Of a stretch of DNA of 64,000 bases, positions 10,868-19,408 are shown one piece after another. The position numbers and the translations under genes are program-made. Within the stretch, counting starts at the first letter, position 1; each line of letters opens with the position of its first letter. This DNA is from Terriglobia bacterium (GTDB lineage: Bacteria; Acidobacteriota; Terriglobia; 20CM-2-55-15), in assembly GCA_963664115.2 (NCBI GenBank), contig CAXWPJ010000012.1:96001-160000 (forward strand), read 5' to 3'. The notes under the pieces are model-generated. The model was not told the DNA's origin. It searched no databases and worked only from the letters and a program-made list of their open reading frames with translations.

Positions 10868-11643
10868 TGGCTCACTTCCAGAAGAATGACGTCGTTTTTA
10901 GAAATTTTATAACCGGGAGCGGGTTGTTGTCCGACGACTCTGCCTGGGAGCATTCCCTCTTGCTCGACATAGGTGATCTCTCCCAGCCGAAACCCTTCCC
11001 CGCGCATACGGGCCACCAGGGTATCCGCTACCTGCTCAATAAGGTCCGGCATGAGGTAGTACTGCCCGGCCGGGCCAAGAGAAATCAGCACGTTGACAGC
11101 CGGATCGTCCGCACTGATATCACCCGCTTCAGGTCTCTGATACACCACCGTCGATGCATCGCCCTCTCCGGTATGAGAATAAACAGTGTTACCGACAGAA
11201 AGACCCCGTTGATTCAACATGATCTGCGTACTCCTCAAGCTCGATCCGGTCAACCGAGGGACCGGAAACTCGCGCGCCCCCAAACTGAGCAAAACTCGAA
11301 CGCTACGATCTCGTTTCACACGTGCCCCAGCATCTGGATTCTGACCCATGATCAGACCTTCCGGGATCGTGTCGCTAAAACGGCGGCTGTCCAACTCCAA
11401 ACCGAGCCCCTCCTGAGCCACCGCGCGCATCGCCTCAGCCTGAACCATGCCATCCAGGTCCGGAACCTCCACTTCTTGCCCGCGGATGGCAAATCGCATT
11501 GCAGTCATCGCACTGAGCATTCCGACCACGGCAAGGACCAGGATCATTAGCGCAACGACTGACATGCGAACCCAGAGACTATCGCTGCCCTCGGTCGCTG
11601 GCTCCGGTTGTTTTCGCGGAGTGTTGTTTATTGTCTTTAGCAC
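10864..11643 (-). CDS. Single-pass membrane protein with three PASTA domains and no kinase domain
   Basis: TM helix followed by VPDLDG..Q.P..G, VPRLTG..Q.P..G and MPDLIE..QQP.PG repeats. Confidence 0.88.
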   Translation of the reverse strand: MLKTINNTPRKQPEPATEGSDSLWVRMSVVALMILVLAVVGMLSAMTAMRFAIRGQEVEVPDLDGMVQAEAMRAVAQEGLGLELDSRRFSDTIPEGLIMGQNPDAGARVKRDRSVRVLLSLGAREFPVPRLTGSSLRSTQIMLNQRGLSVGNTVYSHTGEGDASTVVYQRPEAGDISADDPAVNVLISLGPAGQYYLMPDLIEQVADTLVARMRGEGFRLGEITYVEQEGMLPGRVVGQQPAPGYKISKNDVILLEVSQ

Positions 11644-11694
11644 CGTTCAGTCTATCGCTTTCAGTTTATACAGTTTATGTCCCGGCCGTCCCGA

Positions 11695-12642
11695 TCAGGG
11701 CCTTTCGACAGCGGTGAACCTGTCCCCGGGGACAAGACGAACGCCGTTAGCAAAATCTATACCTGATACGGGGTTCTTGTTCTCCAACTGGAGTCGATTG
11801 AGCTCCAGCCATCGGCCATCTCCACAACTCACAGTCAAACGGTTTGAGACAAACCCAATGGTGCCGGGTTCGCAGTTTTCGGCGACGGCCCCGGAGCACT
11901 GCGAGCTGAGGATCCGACAGGTTTTACCCCTGAAACCGACGACGACTGAGGGCCATGGAAGAAAAGCACGCACTTTATTATGTATCGCCTTCGACGACTC
12001 GTGCCAGTCGATATACCCGTCTTCTTTCCTGAGCCGGGGCGCCATGCTTGCCAGACTCTCGTCCTGCGGCGTCGGATTGACCGAACCCTGCTCAATCGCG
12101 ACTAGCGTCCGAACCAGCAAGCTTGCGCCGAGCTGCGCCAGACGGTTGGCCAACAGTGGGGCCGTCTCGTCATGAGCGATTTCGGTCTGTTCACAGAAGT
12201 AAACGGGCCCGGTATCCATACCTTCGTCGATCTGCATCGTACAGACGCCGGTCACTGCATCCCCGTTGGCAATGGCCCGATTGATCGGGGATGCCCCACG
12301 GTATTTCGGCAACAAGGAGCCATGCAGGTTCACGATCCCGTAGCATGGCAACTCAATAAGCCATGCAGGCAGGATTTTTCCGTACGCAACGACGACGATC
12401 AGTTCGGCGGAGAGATCTTCGATAGTCTCCCGGATGCGCTCAGTTTTGAAAGATTCAGGCTGTTCGACGCCCAGACCCAATGACAGCGCAGCCTCTTTGA
12501 TCGGGGAGAAATGAACTCTCCGTCCCCGCCCGCTTGGCCGATCCGGCTGGGTGACGACGGCAGTGACACTGTGTCGGGCGGAAACCAGCGCTTCCAGCGA
12601 AGGGACAGCAAAAGCCGCGGTGCCCATGAAGGCGAGCCGCAT
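11695..12642 (-). CDS. fmt: Methionyl-tRNA formyltransferase
   Basis: FMGT, VVTQPDRPSGRG, VVAYGKILP, HGSLLPKYRGASPI, GMDTG. Confidence 0.97.
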   Translation of the reverse strand: MRLAFMGTAAFAVPSLEALVSARHSVTAVVTQPDRPSGRGRRVHFSPIKEAALSLGLGVEQPESFKTERIRETIEDLSAELIVVVAYGKILPAWLIELPCYGIVNLHGSLLPKYRGASPINRAIANGDAVTGVCTMQIDEGMDTGPVYFCEQTEIAHDETAPLLANRLAQLGASLLVRTLVAIEQGSVNPTPQDESLASMAPRLRKEDGYIDWHESSKAIHNKVRAFLPWPSVVVGFRGKTCRILSSQCSGAVAENCEPGTIGFVSNRLTVSCGDGRWLELNRLQLENKNPVSGIDFANGVRLVPGDRFTAVERP

Positions 12643-12645
12643 GGC

Positions 12646-13155
12646 CTACCATTCATCCTGCTTGACGAGTTTCCGGATCTTTCGCCGAATGAGATCCCGT
12701 TTGATGAAACTCAGATGATCAAGGAACAGCACACCGTTGAGGTGGTCCATTTCATGGCAGAAAGCCCGCGCCAGCAAATCAGACCCTTCGAGGACCAGTT
12801 CCCTGCCCTCGATATCCACTCCCTGAATGACGACGTTCTTCGGACGCCGGACCGCCTCGGTGAAGCCGGGAATGCTCAAGCAACCCTCTTCCTCGTATTG
12901 TTCGCCGTCGGTGGATACGATTTCCGGATTGAGAATGACCATGAGGTTGTCTTCCTTTTCACCGGCACTGGTGTCGGTCACCATGATCCGCTGGGAAACG
13001 CCCACCTGTGGCGCAGCCAACCCGACACCGGGCGCCTTATACATGGTTTCCACCATGTCCTGTATGAGCTTGATTTCCGAGTCGGTCACGTTCTCCACGG
13101 GCGCTGACACTTTATGGAGAACGTCCGCACCGAATTTGACAATGGGTCGATTCAT
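12646..13155 (-). CDS. def: Peptide deformylase
   Basis: GVGLAAPQVG, EGCLS, HEMDHLNG. Confidence 0.98.
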   Translation of the reverse strand: MNRPIVKFGADVLHKVSAPVENVTDSEIKLIQDMVETMYKAPGVGLAAPQVGVSQRIMVTDTSAGEKEDNLMVILNPEIVSTDGEQYEEEGCLSIPGFTEAVRRPKNVVIQGVDIEGRELVLEGSDLLARAFCHEMDHLNGVLFLDHLSFIKRDLIRRKIRKLVKQDEW

Positions 13156-13279
13156 AGCTCGAAATTACTATCCTAACATCTCTAATGGTTTGGAGTTTTC
13201 GTTCGAATTGTAGATACGGGCAGGCCGTTGAAAGCATTGTGGTCTCATGAGAGTGTTCACGCTAAGAACTTCGTGAAAC

Positions 13280-13480
13280 AAGATTTCGCTCGGTCGTTCA
13301 AGCGGCTGACCATCTCGCGCGCGTTCCACGCGTGGGCCGAACGACCGGCGACCCTCTCCATCATCCTTGATGGAGAGGCGTATTGGGGATTAAGAAATGT
13401 TGAAGCCGTTCTTAAAGATAACCCGCAGCGTTCCTCGCTGCGGGTGGACAACGAGGCGGTAGCCGAGGCGTCGGAGTAAT
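13280..13480 (-). ncRNA. Candidate structured RNA, copy 1 (GGA-loop hairpins)
   Basis: Homologous to 19102-19292. Shares a 25-nt identical block and AATCCCCAATA; hairpins ACCCGCAGCG-AGGAA-CGCTGCGGGT, CCTCTCCATC-AAGGAT-GATGGAGAGG and CGCGT-GGA-ACGCG inside a CGGTCGTTC/GAACGACCG stem. Confidence 0.6.
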
Positions 13481-13586
13481 TAGATAATCGGATCGAACCG
13501 CGCCAAACTGCTAATCACCGAATTACTTAATCAGGACGCCAGGAGAGACTAAGAACGCCGTCAACAGCACCGCTACAGCTGATATT

Positions 13587-14771
13587 TCAATCGACCCCGC
13601 CAAACCTCCGGAGTTGATCCAGATATCCCGAGTAATTCCTGAGCGTCTCGCCCATCGAATCGCCACCGAACTTTTCGGCTACGGCAGCCCCAAGAACCAG
13701 GGCCACCATGGACTCGGCGATGACCCCGGCCGCCGGTACAGTACAAGTATCTGAGCGTTCGTGCGCCGCCAAGAAGGGTTCCTTCGAAATCATGTCCACA
13801 GAACGGAGGGCTTTCTTGAGCGTAGGGATAGGCTTCAGATACCCGATTACCCGAACATCCTCGCCGTTGGTCATTCCCCCTTCTATGCCGCCGGCTCGAT
13901 TCGACAACCGCACGAAACGGCCCGTTTCCGGATCGAAGGTGATTTCGTCATGGGAAACCGAGCCACGAAGTCCTGCGATACTGACGCCGTCGCCAATTTC
14001 AACAGCCTTGACCGCGTTGATCGACATGATTGCCTGGGCGAGCCGGCCGTCAATTTTTAAGTCCCAGCCGGTATGCGATCCCAAACCAAGAGGCGTGTTT
14101 CGCACGACGACTTCAAAGGTACCCCCGATCGTATCCCCGTCTTTCTGCGCTCCCTCGATCGCGGCGACCATGCGCTTCGAATAGTCTTCGAGGACGCAAT
14201 GCACGACTGTGTCATTGCGAACCGATTCGAGCTGTTCCCAAGAAACAGAAAAACCATCCGGGACCTTGACCCGACCGATTGCTGTTGTGTGACTCAGTAT
14301 GTCCACATCGAAAGCCCTCAGGAACTCTTTGGCCACTGCACCCGCAGCTACACGCGCCGTGGTTTCGCGCGCGCTCGAGCGTTCAAGAATATTTCGGGCA
14401 TCCGATTGATCAAATTTCTGAGAGCCGACGAGGTCCGCATGTCCGGGCCTGGGCCGGGTGACGCGTCTTTTCTCCGCGACTTCGGTCGAAACCGGCCCGA
14501 CCGACATCACGCCTTCCCAGTTCGGCCAGTCCCGATTCTCGATCAGCAGGGCAATGGGACTCCCCAGAGTCCGACCGTGCCTCACTCCGGAAAGCACGCG
14601 AACCTGGTCCGACTCGATCTTCATGCGCCCGCCACGGCCATATCCTCCCTGACGGCGCTTCAGTTCAGCGTTGATGAAATCTATACTCAGATCCAGATTC
14701 GCCGGAACGCCATCCACGATCGTGACCAGCGCCTGCCCGTGGGACTCACCCGCGGTCTTAAAGCTCAGCAT
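13587..14771 (-). CDS. aroC: Chorismate synthase
   Basis: True start MLSFKTAGESHG; RRQGGYGRGGRM, RPRPGHADL, ERSSARETTARVA, ERSD. Confidence 0.96.
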   Translation of the reverse strand: MLSFKTAGESHGQALVTIVDGVPANLDLSIDFINAELKRRQGGYGRGGRMKIESDQVRVLSGVRHGRTLGSPIALLIENRDWPNWEGVMSVGPVSTEVAEKRRVTRPRPGHADLVGSQKFDQSDARNILERSSARETTARVAAGAVAKEFLRAFDVDILSHTTAIGRVKVPDGFSVSWEQLESVRNDTVVHCVLEDYSKRMVAAIEGAQKDGDTIGGTFEVVVRNTPLGLGSHTGWDLKIDGRLAQAIMSINAVKAVEIGDGVSIAGLRGSVSHDEITFDPETGRFVRLSNRAGGIEGGMTNGEDVRVIGYLKPIPTLKKALRSVDMISKEPFLAAHERSDTCTVPAAGVIAESMVALVLGAAVAEKFGGDSMGETLRNYSGYLDQLRRFGGVD

Positions 14772-14928
14772 TTGACCAGTATAGCAGTCCCCCTGCCCGT
14801 CGGCCGGGACTCGATAAACCCATAAGTCAGAGCTGGGGTTCAAACCTCTCGAGCGCTTCGAAACCTTAGCGGTCCACCGACGAGCATCGTTGACCCTAAA
14901 AGGGGTCTTCCGATACGATGACCTCGTA

Positions 14929-15687
14929 ATGTTTTTCAGCCCGAAGACGCTCGTCATCGAGATACAGGGACTCTCAATGATGACAGTCCGTGCACTCCTG
15001 GGCGCATTTAGGCCCCCGTTCTACTTTCGTGAAATCCTGATTCAAATGGACCACGTCGGGGTCCAGTCGATGACCATCATCATCCTGACTGGGTTTTTCA
15101 CCGGCGCGGTCCTCGCCCTTCAAACTTCATCAACACTGGCCACGTTCGGCGCCGTCGGTCTGACAGGGTCTCTCGTGTCGATTTCCTTGGTTCGGGAACT
15201 CGGGCCGGTGCTGGCAGCTCTGATGGTGGCCGGTCGTGTCGGCTCCGGAATGGCATCAGAACTGGGCTCGATGAAGGTCACCGAACAGATCAATGCGATG
15301 CGCGCCCTGGGAACCGATCCCATCAAGAAACTGGTTGTACCCCGCATCTTCGCCACCGTCGCGATGCAACCGCTGCTGACGATAATTGCGGATGCGGTGG
15401 GGGTGATCGGCGGCCTCTTCGTAGCTGTAGGTCTGCTGCATATTTCTGCGAACCTCTATCTGAGTTCGGCATGGGATGTTCTCAGCTATAACGACATCCT
15501 GGGGGGCCTTCTCAAACCTCTTGTCTTCGGCGCAATTATCTCTACGGTCAGTTGTTACACTGGTCTGAGCACCGAAGGAGGCACGCAGGGAGTCGGCCGC
15601 TCCACGACACGCGCGGTGGTTGCGTCCTCGGTTCTGATCCTGGTCTCGGATTTCTTTCTAACGCGCCTCATTCAGACGTATTCATGA
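14929..15687 (+). CDS. mlaE: MlaE-family lipid ABC permease
   Basis: RELGPVLAALMVAGRVGSGMASELGSMKVTEQINAM, GVGRSTTRAVV; start uncertain (14890 or 14929). Confidence 0.92.
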   Translation: MFFSPKTLVIEIQGLSMMTVRALLGAFRPPFYFREILIQMDHVGVQSMTIIILTGFFTGAVLALQTSSTLATFGAVGLTGSLVSISLVRELGPVLAALMVAGRVGSGMASELGSMKVTEQINAMRALGTDPIKKLVVPRIFATVAMQPLLTIIADAVGVIGGLFVAVGLLHISANLYLSSAWDVLSYNDILGGLLKPLVFGAIISTVSCYTGLSTEGGTQGVGRSTTRAVVASSVLILVSDFFLTRLIQTYS

Positions 15688-16523
15688 AAACGCTGGGTCA
15701 GAAGCAGGTATCAGGAACCAACTCATCCTCCGGTGTCATCCTTGAACTTCGAAATGTAACGAAGTTCTACGGCGACCTGCGGGTGCTCGACGACGTGTCG
15801 TTTCAGCTCAGGGCGGGAGAGACGAAGATCATTCTCGGCGGTAGCGGCTCTGGAAAGTCAACCATGTTGAAGTTGATGATGGGACTGGAACGTCCTGACG
15901 ATGGGACGGTCATGATAGAAGGTCAGGACATCACGCGCATGAACGAGCGGACGCTCGGCCGGATTCGACCGAAGATCGGCATGGTGTTCCAGGAATCAGG
16001 ACTGTTCGATTCTCTCTCCGTCTTTGACAACGTCGCTTACCGCCTCTATGAGTTGAACCTCGACGAGGATGAAATCGAGGAACGAGTCCGAAGAGTTCTC
16101 GGTTTTGTTGGCCTGGAAGAAGCGATTGACCGTATGCCGTCTGAACTGTCGGGCGGTATGAAGCGGCGCGGCGCGTTGGCACGGACTCTGGTTTCTGAAC
16201 CCAAGATCATGCTCTACGACGAACCGACTGCCGGTCTGGATCCAGTTACCTCGCGCCGCATCAACGAGCTCATCATACGGTTACGGGATACGCAGGGAGT
16301 CTCGGGCGTGTTCGTTACCCATCGATTGCGTGATGCGTTTACACTGGCGTCTGAATACGCCCTGGAATCTAACGGCAGTTTACAGTTCAAGCGAGAGGAC
16401 GGTACTTTTTGTCTGGCCCACACCCGCTTTGTCATGCTCAATCTGGGCAAGATCATTTTTGAAGGACCCGACGAAGTACTCCGAGAGTCGAAAGACCCTT
16501 ACATACAGAAATTTTTATCTTGA
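15684..16523 (+). CDS. mlaF: MlaF-family ABC ATPase
   Basis: GGSGSGKS, LSGGMKRR, YDEPTAGLDP, DPYIQKFL; ATG at 15684 overlaps the mlaE stop. Confidence 0.92.
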   Translation: MKTLGQKQVSGTNSSSGVILELRNVTKFYGDLRVLDDVSFQLRAGETKIILGGSGSGKSTMLKLMMGLERPDDGTVMIEGQDITRMNERTLGRIRPKIGMVFQESGLFDSLSVFDNVAYRLYELNLDEDEIEERVRRVLGFVGLEEAIDRMPSELSGGMKRRGALARTLVSEPKIMLYDEPTAGLDPVTSRRINELIIRLRDTQGVSGVFVTHRLRDAFTLASEYALESNGSLQFKREDGTFCLAHTRFVMLNLGKIIFEGPDEVLRESKDPYIQKFLS

Positions 16524-16672
16524 ACAGTCTGTTATTCGTAGCTTGAGAAATCGGTTTGGCGCATCCGTCCGACTAACGGTTCGGGCCCGCGTAATGATAA
16601 TTTAATCGTTAAGCTTAACGGTTAGCAGCCCGGCGGACACTCCGCCACCCACTGCTTGGGAAGGGGACTACC

Positions 16673-17749
16673 ATGGCAACCCGTCAATCAGTATCCTGGA
16701 TCGAACTACGTGTCGGCATCCTCGTCCTCGCCAGTTTTGTGCTATTGGCAGCCGCAATCTTCTTTGTGGGTGGCGAGACGGGTTTCTTCACTCCAACGTA
16801 CACGATTACAACTTACTTCGAATCGGCAAACGGCATGAACACGGGCGCCGAAGTATGGCTGGAGGGGGTCACGGTGGGAAATGTAAGCAGCGTTCGGCTT
16901 TCGAACCTGCCCGAACCGGAACGATCTGTCGCTGTCGAATTGAGCATAGACCAGCAGTTTCAGAACCTGATCCTCTCCGACTCACTCGTCACCGTACAGA
17001 CCATCGGCCTGCTTGGCGACAGCTACGTGGACATCGCGCGCGGCGCCGCGACCGGCGACCCGCTACCTGATGGAGGCACGCTGCAGGGACAGGGCGCCGG
17101 TGATATTCGGGAACTGATCACGGGAACCAACGACATCATCGCTAACCTGGGAATCCTCAGTGACCGCGTACAACAGATCGCCAGTCAGATACAAGAAGGA
17201 GAAGGCACGTTGGGCCGATTTTTGACCGATACGTCCGTTTTCGACAACGCAAACGACATCGTGTTGGAAGCCAGCCAACTCGTACGGGATGTGCGTACCG
17301 GTGATGGCACTCTCGGTCGGCTTATATCCGACGATGTCCTGTTTACCCGGATTACCGCCGCGGTCGACCGAATGGAATCGGTGTTCGCCGACGTGGATAG
17401 CGGCGAAGGGACGCTTGGAAAGTTCATTCACGATCCAACAATATATGACCAGGCCAGCGAGCTGGTTCAAAAGGCGAGTAATGTCGTGGATCGATTGGAA
17501 CGGGGCGAAGGCACTCTCGGTCGGCTGAGCCAGGACGACACCCTCTTCGTCGAAGCGCGGACGGCGATGGAAAGCGTCTCGACCATGGTCTCGAACGTGG
17601 CCAACAGCGAAGGGACCGCGGGCCGGCTAATCAACGATCCGTCCCTCTATAACAACGTCAACCAGGCGGTCTCGGAGGTGTTGAAACTGGTCTACGATTT
17701 CAGACAGGACCCTGGAAGATTCCTCACCATCAATTTCAGACTCTTTTGA
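16673..17749 (+). CDS. mlaD: MCE/MlaD-family protein with long repeated helical extension
   Basis: ELRVG + TM, GVTVGNV, GLLGDSYVDI; five G[ED]GTLG[RK]-type repeats. Confidence 0.9.
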   Translation: MATRQSVSWIELRVGILVLASFVLLAAAIFFVGGETGFFTPTYTITTYFESANGMNTGAEVWLEGVTVGNVSSVRLSNLPEPERSVAVELSIDQQFQNLILSDSLVTVQTIGLLGDSYVDIARGAATGDPLPDGGTLQGQGAGDIRELITGTNDIIANLGILSDRVQQIASQIQEGEGTLGRFLTDTSVFDNANDIVLEASQLVRDVRTGDGTLGRLISDDVLFTRITAAVDRMESVFADVDSGEGTLGKFIHDPTIYDQASELVQKASNVVDRLERGEGTLGRLSQDDTLFVEARTAMESVSTMVSNVANSEGTAGRLINDPSLYNNVNQAVSEVLKLVYDFRQDPGRFLTINFRLF

Positions 17750-17788
17750 GCGCACCGCCCCGACGGGCCCAGCGCAGGGAGACACTCG

Positions 17789-18256
17789 ATGAAATTGGAA
17801 GCTAGGAAGAAAATAGAAGAAGAAGTCAAGACGCTCGAAAAGGAACTGAAGACCGAGCTCCCGCGCGCACTGAAGACAGCTGTCGCAATGGGAGATCTCC
17901 GTGAAAACGCCGAGTACCACGCAGCAAAGGAACGGCAGGACTTCGTCCAGGCCCGATTGAGCCAACTCAGGAAGCGGCTTTCGGACCTGTCGATGATCAA
18001 CCTCGACAAGATCCCCCGGGATAGAATTTCGCTCGGATCAACGGTCAAGCTTTACGATGTAGAAAATGAGGAAGAAATCACCTACAAACTTGTGACTACT
18101 GAGGACGCAAATCTATCCGAAGGCGCGATTTCCACCACGTCTCCAATCGGCAGGAGTCTACTCGGCAAGCAGGACGGCGACGCCGTATCCGTGAGAATTC
18201 CCGCCGGAGCCCGATCCTTCGAAGTCATCAGCTTTACAACGATTCACGACGACTAG
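17789..18256 (+). CDS. greA: Transcription elongation factor GreA/GreB
   Basis: GDLRENAEYHAAKE, ISTTSPIGRSLLGK. Confidence 0.93.
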   Translation: MKLEARKKIEEEVKTLEKELKTELPRALKTAVAMGDLRENAEYHAAKERQDFVQARLSQLRKRLSDLSMINLDKIPRDRISLGSTVKLYDVENEEEITYKLVTTEDANLSEGAISTTSPIGRSLLGKQDGDAVSVRIPAGARSFEVISFTTIHDD

Positions 18257-18355
18257 AGCGAGAAACCTTTCTCAACTGCGATTTGTCCGGGACCGGAAAT
18301 TAGCGTAAAATTCCACGGATGGGGGTATCCGGGCACACCCCAAACTAAAGACCTG

Positions 18356-19036
18356 ATGACATTTCACACGATCAGCGGAAAGATCGGCAAGAGCGGCAAA
18401 AAGGCTCAGGATTTTCTCGTTGACCGCCTGTCCAGGCACCGCGTCAACCCCAACATCCTCACCTTCATTGGCCTCGGAGTAAACATCTTCGCGACAGTAC
18501 TCTTCGCCAAGGGCATGTTCTTCTGGGCTGGGTTCGTCGTGCTGTTCGCCGGGGTCTTTGACATGCTCGATGGCGCCGTCGCCCGCGTCACCAAAACCGT
18601 AACGACTTTTGGAGCATTCCTGGATTCCGTTATCGACCGGTACTCCGACATGTTGATGCTGTTCGGACTGCTCATTTGGTACGCCAAGATGGACCGCATG
18701 TTCTATGTCGGCCTCACCGCCATGGTCATCATCGGTTCCGTCATGACCAGCTACACCCGCGCCCGCGCCGAGTCCCTGATCCCCGCCTGCAAAGTCGGCT
18801 TCCTGGAACGCGCCGAACGGATCGTGCTTCTGATCATCGGGGCCTGGACCGACCGTATGGCCGCCATACTCTGGATCATGGCAATCCTTACCAATTGGAC
18901 GGTTTTCCAGAGAATCTGGTACACCTGGAAGGAAGCCAGCAGACTCGAGCGGCAGGAACTTTCTCTCGCGATTGAAGAAGAACAGGACCCCTCAAAGGAA
19001 GCCGAAGTCGCCGCAAAAGCCTCACTTCGAGCGTAA
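18356..19036 (+). CDS. CDP-alcohol phosphatidyltransferase (PIP-synthase-like)
   Basis: PNILT, DMLDGAVAR...FGAFLDSVIDR signature, SYTRARAE and ERAER motifs. Confidence 0.9.
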   Translation: MTFHTISGKIGKSGKKAQDFLVDRLSRHRVNPNILTFIGLGVNIFATVLFAKGMFFWAGFVVLFAGVFDMLDGAVARVTKTVTTFGAFLDSVIDRYSDMLMLFGLLIWYAKMDRMFYVGLTAMVIIGSVMTSYTRARAESLIPACKVGFLERAERIVLLIIGAWTDRMAAILWIMAILTNWTVFQRIWYTWKEASRLERQELSLAIEEEQDPSKEAEVAAKASLRA

Positions 19037-19101
19037 TAGTCCTGCTTTCTGAGTCAGAGATTCGTCACTTAACAGATTCGTCTTTCCGATCTGATCATTT
19101 T

Positions 19102-19292
19102 ATTACTCCGACGCCTCGGCTACCGCGTCTTTCCTCTGAAAGCGGTCCACCCGCACCGGAGGACCGGTGCGGGTTATTCTGGGACAGGAGCTAACGTTCC
19201 GCCAATCCCCAATAAGCCTTGCCATCAGGAAGATGGCGAGGGTCGCCGGTCGTTCGGCTAGGATGGCCGATTGAACGACCGAGCGAAATCTT
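19102..19292 (+). ncRNA. Candidate structured RNA, copy 2 (GGA-loop hairpins)
   Basis: Homologous to the reverse complement of 13280-13480. Hairpins ACCCGCACCGG-AGGA-CCGGTGCGGGT, CCTTGCCATC-AGGAA-GATGGCGAGG and TCGGCTA-GGA-TGGCCGA; G-U pairs indicate the + strand. Confidence 0.6.
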
Positions 19293-19408
19293 AATTGCAG
19301 ACCTTTAAATCCACTGCACCTGGATACAAGCGACCATTTGCGTTCAAATTTCGGTCTCAGGGAGTGCCAATATAGGAAGGAAAATCTCGAAGCTATCCGA
19401 ACGTCCGT

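Noticed and set aside
13228-13479. 83-aa ORF ending AVAEASE, on the strand opposite the candidate RNA
   Set aside because: The second copy (19102-19292) also encodes AVAEASE-stop, but a 1-nt indel in a hairpin breaks the shared frame. Substitutions preserve base pairs rather than codons.
13280-13480. Riboswitch or leader for def
   Set aside because: I recognise no known aptamer consensus, and the paralogous copy has no downstream gene in the same orientation.
14772-14957. N-terminal extension of aroC in the ORF track (likewise hpt, mlaF, TonB receptor, amidohydrolase, 22401 lipoprotein)
   Set aside because: Family homology or the signal peptide begins at a downstream start, and several extensions overlap neighbouring genes.
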